NCBI GenBank assembly: GCA_016839555.1
Contig: JAEOUA010000011.1
Coordinates: 32,001-96,000 of the forward strand
Reading direction: 5' to 3'
Source: Promethearchaeota archaeon
GTDB lineage: Archaea > Asgardarchaeota > Lokiarchaeia > Sigyniarchaeales > SOKP01
Length of the DNA stretch: 64,000 nucleotides
Shown: piece by piece, positions 30,662 to 40,869 of the stretch
Position numbering within the stretch: position 1 is the first letter of the stretch
Layout: each line of letters opens with the position of its first letter
Translations under genes and position numbers: made by a program
The notes under the pieces: model-generated
Database searches by the model: none
What the model was told of the DNA's origin: nothing
What the model saw: the letters and a program-made list of their open reading frames with translations, nothing else

Positions 30662-32023
30662 TTAATAATCTATAGCAATGACATCTAATGTTTTACAATT
30701 CAGAGTAAACCCAAAAATTTCACTAAAAGAGGGAGTAGTTCTTCCATCATCACTTGTAATCAACTCTTTTATATAAGTTCCCCCTTGAGTCTGTATAATA
30801 AATTCAAATAAATTGGGTTCTATATAGGAGCCTTCAATTTTATAGATCTTTTTGTTTCTCACCTTATTAGCCCTTCGATGGGCAACTCGTTGAGGAGTTT
30901 TTTGATGAATAATTTCTCCTTCAATAATTTTCTTTAATTGCCGTAATTTTTCGTCGAAGTCAATTTTGTCTATTTCTTTATTTGCTTCTATCAGAGCTTT
31001 ATATGTTTTTGTGGTATTTTTTGCATCTTGCTTAATATTTATGACTTTATCTTTATTGCTATGCGCTAAATCATTAATTTCTACTTTTCCTTTATTCAGA
31101 GTATTAACTTCTTCTTTTAATCTAGGTAAGTCTAAGGTTCTTATTTTTGAATTTATAAGTTCTAAGATAAATGGTCTTCCAGAACCTAGCATTCTCACAT
31201 CGATATCTTCTCTTCCAGCTCCGTGAAATTTGGAACTATCCGCGCGAGCTGCTTTAAGAAATGGCAAACTAATCAACTCCTCGACACTTGTTTGATACAT
31301 TTTACCCGTATAATTACAATATTCACAACCTGCCCCATCACACTTACTACAAGGCCATCGTGTCTGAGGTATCCCTCTTATAAGTTTTCTATATCTTCCA
31401 TAAATAAAGAGGGATCGAATTAATAAATTTACAGAAAATGATTCATATCCAAGAGAACAAATGATTGTTAAATGGGGATAGGTAAATTCTGTCGGTTTCT
31501 CAAGAATAGATGATAATAATTTTCCTAATTCTCTATTAAAATGAGATTTAAATGATTCTGCTTCAAAAAGATTTAATTTTGCTTTAAATCGATCTTCTTT
31601 ATTCCCAATTTCTGGATTAAGACTTGTCCCTACCAAAAAATTATGGAACTCAATCCCCTTAATTTCCTCTAAAATTGGATTTATATATGAGTTCAACTCT
31701 TGAAATATATTATTACACAAGTAGCATTTTTTTTCAGGAGTTCTAATATTGTATTCATATCCCTCTTTTTCTAATACTTTTTGAGCAGGAACGAAGTATG
31801 CACATTCTGCTAATATTTTCAAAGTTTTTAATGCATCTTCTCTTGCTGTTTCGTCTCCCGAAAGATAATTTTTATGAGATTCCATTACTTGAGTGAGAAG
31901 CAGTGCCTCTCCTCTTTCTTTATTTGTTGTTTGTGTACTTAATAAAGAAAAACATCGTCCTAAACAATACAGACAGATATATCGTTCCTTGTAAATTTGT
32001 TGCACTTTTTCAAGAATATGCAT
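30662..32023 (-). CDS. pus10: tRNA pseudouridine(54/55) synthase Pus10
   Basis: GRYRKLIRGIPQT, FHGAGREDIDVRMLG and GGTYIKELI motifs. Confidence 0.96.
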   Translation of the reverse strand: MHILEKVQQIYKERYICLYCLGRCFSLLSTQTTNKERGEALLLTQVMESHKNYLSGDETAREDALKTLKILAECAYFVPAQKVLEKEGYEYNIRTPEKKCYLCNNIFQELNSYINPILEEIKGIEFHNFLVGTSLNPEIGNKEDRFKAKLNLFEAESFKSHFNRELGKLLSSILEKPTEFTYPHLTIICSLGYESFSVNLLIRSLFIYGRYRKLIRGIPQTRWPCSKCDGAGCEYCNYTGKMYQTSVEELISLPFLKAARADSSKFHGAGREDIDVRMLGSGRPFILELINSKIRTLDLPRLKEEVNTLNKGKVEINDLAHSNKDKVINIKQDAKNTTKTYKALIEANKEIDKIDFDEKLRQLKKIIEGEIIHQKTPQRVAHRRANKVRNKKIYKIEGSYIEPNLFEFIIQTQGGTYIKELITSDDGRTTPSFSEIFGFTLNCKTLDVIAIDY

Positions 32024-32179
32024 CTTAATTTAAGATAATATGGGAAAGTTTAACTTCTTTCACTTTTGACTTTTTCCTTACTTTTTAAAAAAATTTTAAA
32101 AGAAAATTTTATTTTTCTATGTAAGTTATAAAAAATTTATTAGATTTTTAGTTAAATATTAAAGGATGTAGTTTTTAAG

Positions 32180-32434
32180 ATGTCAGATAATAAAGAGTCA
32201 ACAGGCTTCGTAAAGTGGTTTGATGCTCGCAAAGGCTATGGTTTTATCCAAGTTTCTGACGGAGAAAATGATGAAGATGATGTGTTTGTTCATTTCTCAA
32301 ACATCGAGATGGAAGGCTTTAAAAAGCTCGATATGGGGGATGAAGTAAAATTCATATTGAAAAAGAATGAAGATAATGATAAAGGACCTGAAGCTTTAAA
32401 CGTGAGAGTAGTCGCAAAAGACCGACGATTTTAA
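32180..32434 (+). CDS. csp: Cold-shock domain protein
   Basis: GFVKWFD..KGYGFI and VFVHFS RNP motifs. Confidence 0.94.
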   Translation: MSDNKESTGFVKWFDARKGYGFIQVSDGENDEDDVFVHFSNIEMEGFKKLDMGDEVKFILKKNEDNDKGPEALNVRVVAKDRRF

Positions 32435-32515
32435 AAATATTTTCAATAATTTTGATTTTTATCTACTTATCTTTCTTTTTATATAATCTTGTTTATTTCT
32501 TTATTTTGAAAGGTA

Positions 32516-33864
32516 TTAATAAGTATCTTCCCATCTAAAATCCAAAGTGACAAAATTTTTTGTGTAAAAATAACAAATAAGAAATACTATAGACGCTATG
32601 GGGCCCCATAATACCATCCCAATCGAATTTAGGGAATTATAATTAATGGGGATTGAAAGAATAATACCAATCAAAAAAATCCCAAAAGCTTGAAATAGGT
32701 TGATAATAATAGAAGGAAAACCCGCATAAATACCCGCTCTTAATTCTCCGGTTTCTTTTTGGTCATTTTCGGCTATATCAGCATAAAGTATGTATGGAAA
32801 TAGATACCAGCCCGCAATTATAGTGGCTATCCCAACTATAAAGATAATTCCGAGAAATAGATAATTACCCAAAGGAATTATTGCTAATAATATAATCGGG
32901 AGAAAAGCTGCACCAATCAGAAATAGATATAAAAGTGTTTTTTTTTTACCGAATCTATCTATGGCAATCCTCCAAATATGCAAAAATAGAAAAATAGCTA
33001 ATAATAAGAATATTGAAATCACCATATAATCAGCTCCTCTTAAATGTAAGGCTTCTTCTGCATACTTTAACATTGTATTAGTGATCATTGTTAACCCTAA
33101 CCCTACAATACCCATCATTAAAGCTATTAACATATAATTTTTATTTTTTAATATTTTTTCCAGATTTTCTTTCATATTTGATTTTATTTTATGCTGAGGT
33201 TCAGTTGGTAGAAATATAACAACTAAATAAAAAAAATAACAGTAAACACTCCAAATAAAGCAACCGGTAAAGAATATGTTAATGAAACTGGAGCATTGAT
33301 ATAAAACTGTAATCTAACAATATATTCGGTTAAAATCAATAGTGAAAAAACAGCCACAATTATATTACCAATATAATTAAAAGAATTTTGAATTTGTGAA
33401 ATTTTCGGTCGTTCCTTTACTAAAAAGAGCTCAGCCATCCAAGCTTGATAGGGAGTTGTAACTGCATAACTAGCCCTAAAAACAATATCCCACAGTAATT
33501 ACCAAAAAAATAATATATCCTTATTCCTTAAATCTTTTATAAATTGTGCAGGTAATAACAGAAAAACAATAGATATTCCCAAGAAAGGAGCAAAGAGGAG
33601 TATATATGGTTTTCTTCTTCCTAATTTGGTATATTTTCGATCACTAATCCATCCCAATAAAAATTGGGAAGCCGCAATTGTTAAATATCCTATGGCAAGA
33701 GCAATAGCGGCTCGAAAAGAATCTAAACCATAACCGGTAGTATAAAGAGTAAATAAAGCCCAACTTTCAATTCCAAGTATTGTTGATGTTCCCAAGCGGG
33801 GTAAACAAAATAAAAAGCGTTCTCCGATCCCAGTTTTCTCTTGAATGGATTCAATTAAATTCAA
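32516..33864 (-). pseudogene. Disrupted MFS (GPH/MelB-like) transporter
   Basis: Three ORF pieces join into one transporter (SDRKYTKLGRRKPY...DRFGKK...ADIAE). There is an in-frame TAA at 33501-33499 and a frameshift at a T8 run (33236-33229). Confidence 0.8.
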
Positions 33865-34105
33865 ATAAATTCTCCGAAATAATCGTTAAAATTTAAAGTA
33901 AATGATTAATATTTTTTTAAAAAAGATTTTGCTTTAAACAATTATTTTAATGTTAAACCTTATTTAAATTTTCAAATATAACCTCTATATGCAACTAGAC
34001 TAGAAATCTCATTATTTAATTTAATAATATTTACTCGATAACTAAAAATTGAGGTTAAAAATTAGAGAATGAGTATAGTGGAAATAAATTTCATTTTTAT
34101 ATTAA

Positions 34106-35116
34106 TTATTCTTCTTCTTCCTCATCCCAACCAAGTTCTTTTAAAACGGCGTCTAGTGACTCAGATTCTTCTTCCAGGATAAAATCAGTATCATACTCTT
34201 TTGCTATTTGAGAGTCGAAATCAGGTGGTGTTAATTCCTCTAATGAAGGTAATTCTTCGGATGATAGAGGCTCTTGTGTTTCTGAGCTGAAAGGCGCTTG
34301 GGCTTTGATAGGTGGTGTAGTTTTGATCTTTTCTTCTATAGAAGGTTCTTCTCCCACTTCCATAGGTTCATAATCATCAAGAGGGACAGGTGGAATTTCA
34401 TCTTCATATACGGGAAATTTTCTCAAGAGAGAGGGTTCTATTGTTTCCATTTTAGCTTCAGTAGGCATAGTCTCTATTGGCTTTATGGTTTCTCCTGGGA
34501 TTGATACTATATTTTGCTCATTTTTTGGTTGGAATTGATCTTCATCAAGTCCTTCCTTCTCCCATTTATCTAGAAATCCTAATAAACCATCTAAAGCTTC
34601 TTTATCTTGTTCAACTGATGGTTTAGCAATAAATTGTTCTTTTTTTTGCTCCTCTTCTTCCTTTTCTTTCTGCTTTCGAATTTTTTCTAATTCTTCCTCT
34701 TCTAAAGATAAGGTCATTTCTGTAAGTTCTCCGCCAGAAATGATATAATTTAATTTTCTGCTTAATTCTCTGAGATATCCTAAATAATATCCTATTCTAT
34801 ACATTGCGTTTAATGCGCCAAAAATAATATATTCGTCATTAATTGCCATTAAAATACTATATCCTGATTTATTATGAAGAATAATTTCCTTCAGAGAACC
34901 ATGATTGGTTGATTCACTTAATCTAAGCCCTAAATCGATTAAGGCTGTACTTGACGCAGAAGTAGCATCAGCATTGAGTTCTATTGAGTCCGCACTCGAT
35001 ACCTTCATACCAACTCGGGATAATACCGATAAATTGTCTAAATCCGTGGCTTCTTCTTCTTCTTTTAAAAGATCTCGTATTTTTATTCGTATTTCTTCCT
35101 CTAAAGAAGCTGACAT
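34106..35116 (-). CDS. Roadblock/LC7-domain protein with long acidic Pro-rich tail
   Basis: The N-terminal ~125 aa fit the roadblock pattern (LSRVG...SASSTAL...GSLKEIIL...I...IGY). The rest is Glu/Pro-rich low-complexity sequence. Confidence 0.72.
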   Translation of the reverse strand: MSASLEEEIRIKIRDLLKEEEEATDLDNLSVLSRVGMKVSSADSIELNADATSASSTALIDLGLRLSESTNHGSLKEIILHNKSGYSILMAINDEYIIFGALNAMYRIGYYLGYLRELSRKLNYIISGGELTEMTLSLEEEELEKIRKQKEKEEEEQKKEQFIAKPSVEQDKEALDGLLGFLDKWEKEGLDEDQFQPKNEQNIVSIPGETIKPIETMPTEAKMETIEPSLLRKFPVYEDEIPPVPLDDYEPMEVGEEPSIEEKIKTTPPIKAQAPFSSETQEPLSSEELPSLEELTPPDFDSQIAKEYDTDFILEEESESLDAVLKELGWDEEEEE

Positions 35117-35256
35117 CTCTTTTTATTTAAAATTATTTTAAGATTATTTTGTAAATATATTCAAAAATTACATAAAATGCCAATTTAAAAAAATTTACTA
35201 TTTTGGGTTACTAATGAAATTAAGATTACATTTTACTTATAATTATTCGGTTGAAT

Positions 35257-35994
35257 TTACAAAAATTTATTAATTTTGGTTTGCTCCTCCGATTTTTGTC
35301 CAGCTAATTTCTCATCTGTTAATTTTTGCTTAAAAGAATACCCTGTAAAATTTTCGATCAAGTCTTTTACTTGCTCCAAAACTTTATACGGAGTGAGATG
35401 ACTTGTATCTATTTGAAAAATTCTATCTCTATTTTCCTCTGTGAAGAGGATTTGATTATAGAAAGATAATACGTTTTTTAAATAATCTTTTTCAAATTCA
35501 TTCCAGCGTTTTCTCTGCTTCTCTAAAGAACCACGTTTTATTGTACGTTTTATTATAATTTCTGGGTCAGCTGTGAGATAGATGATCTTATCTTCTCTCC
35601 ATTTGACAGAATTATAGGTATCTAAAATCAATTGATAATCCTTTTCTTTGAGAAATAGAGCTTTTGAATATACTAAAACACAAAGGGGCGTCCTATCTAA
35701 AACTACTATACGTCCATTATATCTATTATCAAAATTCCATATATTTTTGTTTCTTTTTATTAATTGCTGGAGAAAATGAATTTCCGAGCGAAATGCAATC
35801 TGTTTATTTCTTGATCCCAGAGGAAATGGTGGTTTTTTTACATATCGTTCTGGAAAAAACTTAAATTTAGGATTATCTTCGGTTTCATTTTTTAATAAGT
35901 AAAAGATTGTGGTTTTTCCTACTCCATGCGCTCCTGAAATTGAGAAGACTATATTATCCTTGCTTCCTTTATTTCTATATTTTGTTCTAACCAC
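35257..35994 (-). CDS. Deoxynucleoside/thymidylate kinase family P-loop protein
   Basis: SGAHGVGKTT, LDRT, IIYLTA..II.R..RG and IDTS motifs. Confidence 0.8.
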   Translation of the reverse strand: MVRTKYRNKGSKDNIVFSISGAHGVGKTTIFYLLKNETEDNPKFKFFPERYVKKPPFPLGSRNKQIAFRSEIHFLQQLIKRNKNIWNFDNRYNGRIVVLDRTPLCVLVYSKALFLKEKDYQLILDTYNSVKWREDKIIYLTADPEIIIKRTIKRGSLEKQRKRWNEFEKDYLKNVLSFYNQILFTEENRDRIFQIDTSHLTPYKVLEQVKDLIENFTGYSFKQKLTDEKLAGQKSEEQTKINKFL

Positions 35995-36210
35995 GCTAGT
36001 AAACTCCTATTTCCAAAATTTTTTATTTTTTTACATTCAAATCCATTTATCTTATGAATTTTTTTCCAGATAATCTAAATTATTAATTTAATAATTTTTT
36101 ATTTTAATGTGAAATAGTAAATTTAATATATATTTAATAAATATATCCGAAATGGTATCTAAAAATTAAAACACGCACTTATATTACTAAAATTTCAAAA
36201 ATATAAAAAA

Positions 36211-37290
36211 TTAAAGTATTAATAGAATAATCAAGCTTGAGACATTATAAATTAAAGAGGCAATTATGGGGCATATCAAATTTCCTTTTCCCGCCTCATA
36301 AATAATCCCCAGAATAAGAGCGAGTAGAAAATATATAGGAAAAAATAATAATCCTATGGGAAAAGAAAGTACCGCATATATTCCCGAATAAGCTAATGCA
36401 ACAATTAAAATTACAAAGAGTTTATTTTTTATATCATAACCAAATCTCTCTTTTAGAGCGTTATGTAAGGTTCCTCTAAACAAGATTTCTGATGAAATAG
36501 ATGCAAAACAAATCATTATGGTAAGAATTATGAACCAATGTAATTCAGCATTATTAATGATTAAAGAATTCATCAAAATTGGTGTAATATCAAAAAAATT
36601 TTCTAATCCAAGGTCTAACATAGCGTTAATTAAAAATTCTGAAAAGATATCAAAAAATATTAACCCAACCCCTCCCGCGATCCCGATTATAAGGGCAATT
36701 ATCAAATTTTTTTTAGTAAAATCAAATCCAAGTTTTTTATAACTATGACGATTTGTATTTATATACCATATGGGGTATAATCCAAGAAGAATCTCGGGCA
36801 ATTGACCAATTATTATACTTAAAATATTTTGTTCTGGCAAAATAAATAATGTAATAAGCAACATAGTAGTAATATAAACTAATAAACTAGTTGTAAATAC
36901 CGATGTTCCTTCTTTTAAATTCCATTTATCCCTTTTTAATATATGTTCTTCTTCTGGTTCAAGTTTCTTGTCAGTAAATATAAAACCCGATTTTGTCGGG
37001 GAAGTATATTCTTCAAAGGGTGGCAATTCTTCTAATTCATTATTGCATATCGGACATTGTTTTAGAATAGGTGATTTTATTAATGCTCCGCAATTTGAAC
37101 ATTTTCTAACTGGAACTTCCTTCCTTTTTGTCACAATAGGAGCTGGCTCCCTTTTTTTATCTTTCAGATGTAAGGGTTCTTTTACTACCAATTTGCCGCA
37201 ATTTGGGCAATATACTTCTCCAAATTTGACTTTTGCACCACAATACACACAATATTTTACTAATCGATCATCTTGTTCTTCTTCGGGCAT
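36211..37290 (-). CDS. Double zinc-ribbon protein fused to degenerate CPBP-like membrane domain
   Basis: CVYC/CPNC and CSNC/CPIC, followed by about 8 TM segments with SEILFRG, GIIYE..GNL and SLIYN. Confidence 0.75.
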   Translation of the reverse strand: MPEEEQDDRLVKYCVYCGAKVKFGEVYCPNCGKLVVKEPLHLKDKKREPAPIVTKRKEVPVRKCSNCGALIKSPILKQCPICNNELEELPPFEEYTSPTKSGFIFTDKKLEPEEEHILKRDKWNLKEGTSVFTTSLLVYITTMLLITLFILPEQNILSIIIGQLPEILLGLYPIWYINTNRHSYKKLGFDFTKKNLIIALIIGIAGGVGLIFFDIFSEFLINAMLDLGLENFFDITPILMNSLIINNAELHWFIILTIMICFASISSEILFRGTLHNALKERFGYDIKNKLFVILIVALAYSGIYAVLSFPIGLLFFPIYFLLALILGIIYEAGKGNLICPIIASLIYNVSSLIILLIL

Positions 37291-37402
37291 GATATTCTAT
37301 GATGAATGAATAAGTTTAATATTAAATAATTTATCATAATAAATCTAAATTACATAGTTTATTATAATAATTTAATAATAAGGAACATTAATTTTGTTGA
37401 AT

Positions 37403-38554
37403 ATGAAAAGTGAAGAACGGGTTAAAAGAGCATTTCATTTTAATAATCCAGACAGAGTTCCTTTATCATGCTTAACTTTAAAAACCGATTTTTTTCCCGT
37501 GAGTATTTATCCCCCAAAATCATGGCAACCTATAAAATATCCTCCTCATGTCCAAGGAGGTGTAGATTCAATTTCAAAGCTATTTTATCGCCTGGTTATT
37601 TATAAATGGAAACAGAAATATAGAAAAAAAGCAAGTTATCCACGAAAATGGTGGGAATTCCCCCATAAAAGTATCGATGAGTGGAAAAATATTTGGAGAT
37701 CATCTGGTACTAAATCTAACGATATTACAAAGGGACACCCTTTACATGGACCATTACAAGATAATTGGGATTTCCTCGAAGAATTTAACATTCCTGATGT
37801 TTCAAATGAAAAACGATATAGAATCTTAAAAATGGGAATATGGAAATTCTTAGGAAGAAATAGATATACAGTAGGTGAGCTCCAACCAAATGGATTTTTC
37901 GCCTTATGCTCACAGATTAGGGGATTTAGTAATTTTTTAGTAGATTTAGCACGCAAGCCTAAGCAAGTTGAACAATTAATAAACAAAATTTTACCATATT
38001 TCTTCACTCTAATAAGAAAATACAAAGAGTATTATCCTTCTCTTAATAGCGTAATTATAGCTGATGATATGGGTACGCAAAAATCTCCGTTTATGAGTCC
38101 CGCTATTTTTAGAAAATTATTAAAAGAGCCTTATAAAAAAATAATAGATTTAACGCATGATTTAGAAATGGATTTTATATTGCATTCATGTGGAGATATT
38201 TTTCAACTAATGCCAGATATGATTGACGCAGGAGTGGATGTGTTTGAATTTGATAGTCCTCATATGGTTGGAGTGGAAAACTTCAAACAATTCGCTAGGC
38301 AAAAACAAGTTGCTTTCTGGTTATCTTCAAATATTCAGAGTACTTATACCTTAGGAACTCCAAAAGATGTAGAGAAGGAAATTAAGTATTATATAAAAGA
38401 AGTTGGAAATAATAACGGAGGATTGGCTATTTATGAATATATGTCTAATAAAGCGTTAAGAACACCTAAAGAAAACATAATTGCTCAGCGGGAAGCTGTC
38501 GAAAAATGGGGAAATTACAATGATGATAATAAAATTGATTGGATTGAAAATTAA
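37403..38554 (+). CDS. Uroporphyrinogen decarboxylase/MtaA-CmuA superfamily protein
   Basis: ERV..A..F..PDRVP, DEW, IRGF, ADDMGTQ and LHSCG motifs. Confidence 0.82.
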   Translation: MKSEERVKRAFHFNNPDRVPLSCLTLKTDFFPVSIYPPKSWQPIKYPPHVQGGVDSISKLFYRLVIYKWKQKYRKKASYPRKWWEFPHKSIDEWKNIWRSSGTKSNDITKGHPLHGPLQDNWDFLEEFNIPDVSNEKRYRILKMGIWKFLGRNRYTVGELQPNGFFALCSQIRGFSNFLVDLARKPKQVEQLINKILPYFFTLIRKYKEYYPSLNSVIIADDMGTQKSPFMSPAIFRKLLKEPYKKIIDLTHDLEMDFILHSCGDIFQLMPDMIDAGVDVFEFDSPHMVGVENFKQFARQKQVAFWLSSNIQSTYTLGTPKDVEKEIKYYIKEVGNNNGGLAIYEYMSNKALRTPKENIIAQREAVEKWGNYNDDNKIDWIEN

Positions 38555-38671
38555 TAACACAGAAAGACCTTCTTTTTTTCTTAAATAAAATAGTAATAAT
38601 TATAATCTAAAATATTAAAATTATAATAACAACATAATATTATTAAGATATATCTTCAAAATATTTGAAAT

Positions 38672-39865
38672 ATGAATTCAAAAGAGCTTGTTAAAGCAGC
38701 ACTTTATTTTAATAAACCTGAAAGAGTTCCTCTCTTCTATGATGTAAGAGGTGATATTTGCCCTTTATTAACTCAATATTCAGAAGATTGGACCCCCGGA
38801 TGGAATGAAGGTGAAGAAAATCTATTTCCTCATGTACGAGTGGGCTATAATTGGGATAAGCCTCCTTGGGCAAAAAAAAACCCTGAATATGAGGATAATA
38901 AATGGAAATCCATCCCTCATGAAGAAATAGATGAATGGGGATGTATTTGGAATTTAAGAGGTAACGATAAGAATATGGGGCATCCTGGAAGGGCGCCTAT
39001 AAATGATTGGAAAGAATATGACGAGTTTATCGAAATATATAATCCAGATCCAATGGATAAAAGCCGTTATGACTTTGCGTTAGAATTAAAAAAATCATTT
39101 GGCAAAGATCGATATAGAATGGTCGTTATTGCTGATTTTGGTCCTTTTCAGAGAGCTTCAACTATTCGGGGATTTTCTAAGTTCCTAATAGACCATAGAA
39201 AGAATCCAGAAATGGTAAAGAGATCATTACAAAGAGAAACTGAGTGGCATGTTCAAGCAATGAAAGCTTGCTACAAATATGGGCTAGAGCCCCACGGTTT
39301 TTGGATTGTAGATGACTTAGGAGAGCAAACAGGTCCATTTTTCAGTCCAAAAATATTCAAGCAATTCTATAAAGACGTATATAAAACATTATGCGATGAG
39401 GCTCATCAATTAGGTGCGGAAGTACATTTACATTGCTGCGGAAAGGTAGATCTTCTATTACCATCATTAATAGAATGGGGATTAGACGCTATTGAGTTTG
39501 ACAGTCCCAGAATGAGTGGGTATCCAGATCTAAGAAAGTTTAGAGGCAAAATAATGTTTTGGGGATGCGTGAATATACAATCCATTTATACCAAAGGAAC
39601 GCCCGAGGAAGTAGAAAGGGAAGTCTGGCACATGGTTCGCAATCTTGGAACCAAGGATGGAGGATTTGGAGCCTATTTTTATCCTACTCCCACTGATCTA
39701 AATACGCCTAAGATAAATATTAAAGCGTTTCAAAAAGGTCTTAAAAACTATGGAGATTATTCTAAAATACCAGAAGAGTGGTGGGAATATCCTTTGCCAG
39801 ATGGATGGGATGATTTTACCGTGCCTTTACTTCCTCCCACACCATTATTAAGCAAAAAAAATTGA
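38672..39865 (+). CDS. Uroporphyrinogen decarboxylase/MtaA-CmuA superfamily protein (paralog)
   Basis: PERVP, DEWGC.W, IRGF, DDLGEQ, LHCCG and GTPEEV motifs. Confidence 0.82.
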   Translation: MNSKELVKAALYFNKPERVPLFYDVRGDICPLLTQYSEDWTPGWNEGEENLFPHVRVGYNWDKPPWAKKNPEYEDNKWKSIPHEEIDEWGCIWNLRGNDKNMGHPGRAPINDWKEYDEFIEIYNPDPMDKSRYDFALELKKSFGKDRYRMVVIADFGPFQRASTIRGFSKFLIDHRKNPEMVKRSLQRETEWHVQAMKACYKYGLEPHGFWIVDDLGEQTGPFFSPKIFKQFYKDVYKTLCDEAHQLGAEVHLHCCGKVDLLLPSLIEWGLDAIEFDSPRMSGYPDLRKFRGKIMFWGCVNIQSIYTKGTPEEVEREVWHMVRNLGTKDGGFGAYFYPTPTDLNTPKINIKAFQKGLKNYGDYSKIPEEWWEYPLPDGWDDFTVPLLPPTPLLSKKN

Positions 39866-39959
39866 TTGACATTATATTTTGGGGATATATTCTAATTAAT
39901 CAAATTTCATAGGAGATATAAATAAATCAAATGGAAAAACACAAAAAAGGGTTGAAAAA

Positions 39960-40574
39960 ATGAATAAAACTATAAAGGGAATACCAATATATCTTATATT
40001 TGCGATATTAGCGAATATTTTCTATTATGGTTTTTTAATACCAGCTGCATTTTTATATCCTGGATATTCACCCTTTCTATACACAGTTTCCGCATTAGGA
40101 AATACCGAGAAAAATCCTAATGCTTGGTTTCTTTTCAGTATTTCATTGATTTTGATTGGAATCGTATTAGTTCCATATTTTTTTGACATGAAAAAATGGT
40201 ATGAGACTCAACCAAATTTCAAAAAATTCATAATAGCTATTCAAATAATCGGATATTTCAATAGTTTCTCTTTGATAATGATAGCAATTTTTCCAACCAA
40301 TACAGCTTCTGACTTACATAGCTTTTGGAGCATAATGAATTTCTTTTGTATAGAATTGATAATAATACTCGTTGTTATCGGCTTAAGAAAGCATCCCTCT
40401 TATTGGAAGCGTATTTCTATAATTGCAGCGGTGGATTTTGTGCTTTGCGCAACATATCTTACCTTACTTCGAGTTTATAGAGCAATTGCGACCATATTTG
40501 AATGGTTAACTTTCATATTCGCTTTAGGCATTATATTATTAATTGCTATAAACATGTATAAAAAAGGATTATAA
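39960..40574 (+). CDS. DUF998-like membrane protein
   Basis: YPGYS....VSALG, IFP and H..S motifs; 6 TM segments. Confidence 0.65.
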   Translation: MNKTIKGIPIYLIFAILANIFYYGFLIPAAFLYPGYSPFLYTVSALGNTEKNPNAWFLFSISLILIGIVLVPYFFDMKKWYETQPNFKKFIIAIQIIGYFNSFSLIMIAIFPTNTASDLHSFWSIMNFFCIELIIILVVIGLRKHPSYWKRISIIAAVDFVLCATYLTLLRVYRAIATIFEWLTFIFALGIILLIAINMYKKGL

Positions 40575-40869
40575 GACTAAGCTTTTTTTTCTTCAAGTTT
40601 AGTGGAATTATGTAGATTTCAATAAATCTCAATGAATCAAAGTTTTGAAATAACAACTAATTTTATTTAAAATTTTTTTAAAAATTAACATATTTTTGGA
40701 TATCTGGTTTTCTAAATAAACCATTGTCTTTTAATTTAAAAATATTGTTTCAATAATAAGGGTTTGGTTGATCTCACCAACTTAGTTATTGGTTTCATAT
40801 TATAATAATGAAATCTTGGTTGAATAAATTTTTTTTTATGGAAAAGAGATAATTAGACAAAAAACATTA

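Noticed and set aside
33499-33501. Possible recoded stop (Sec/Pyl) in the MFS gene
   Set aside because: The codon is TAA, not TGA or TAG. It falls in a TM helix, and a separate frameshift follows.
38571-38590. TTTTTTTCTTAAATAAAA resembling the shared promoter motif
   Set aside because: It lacks a full TTTAWATA, lies just after a stop codon and about 90 nt from the next ATG. It is more likely a terminator T-run.
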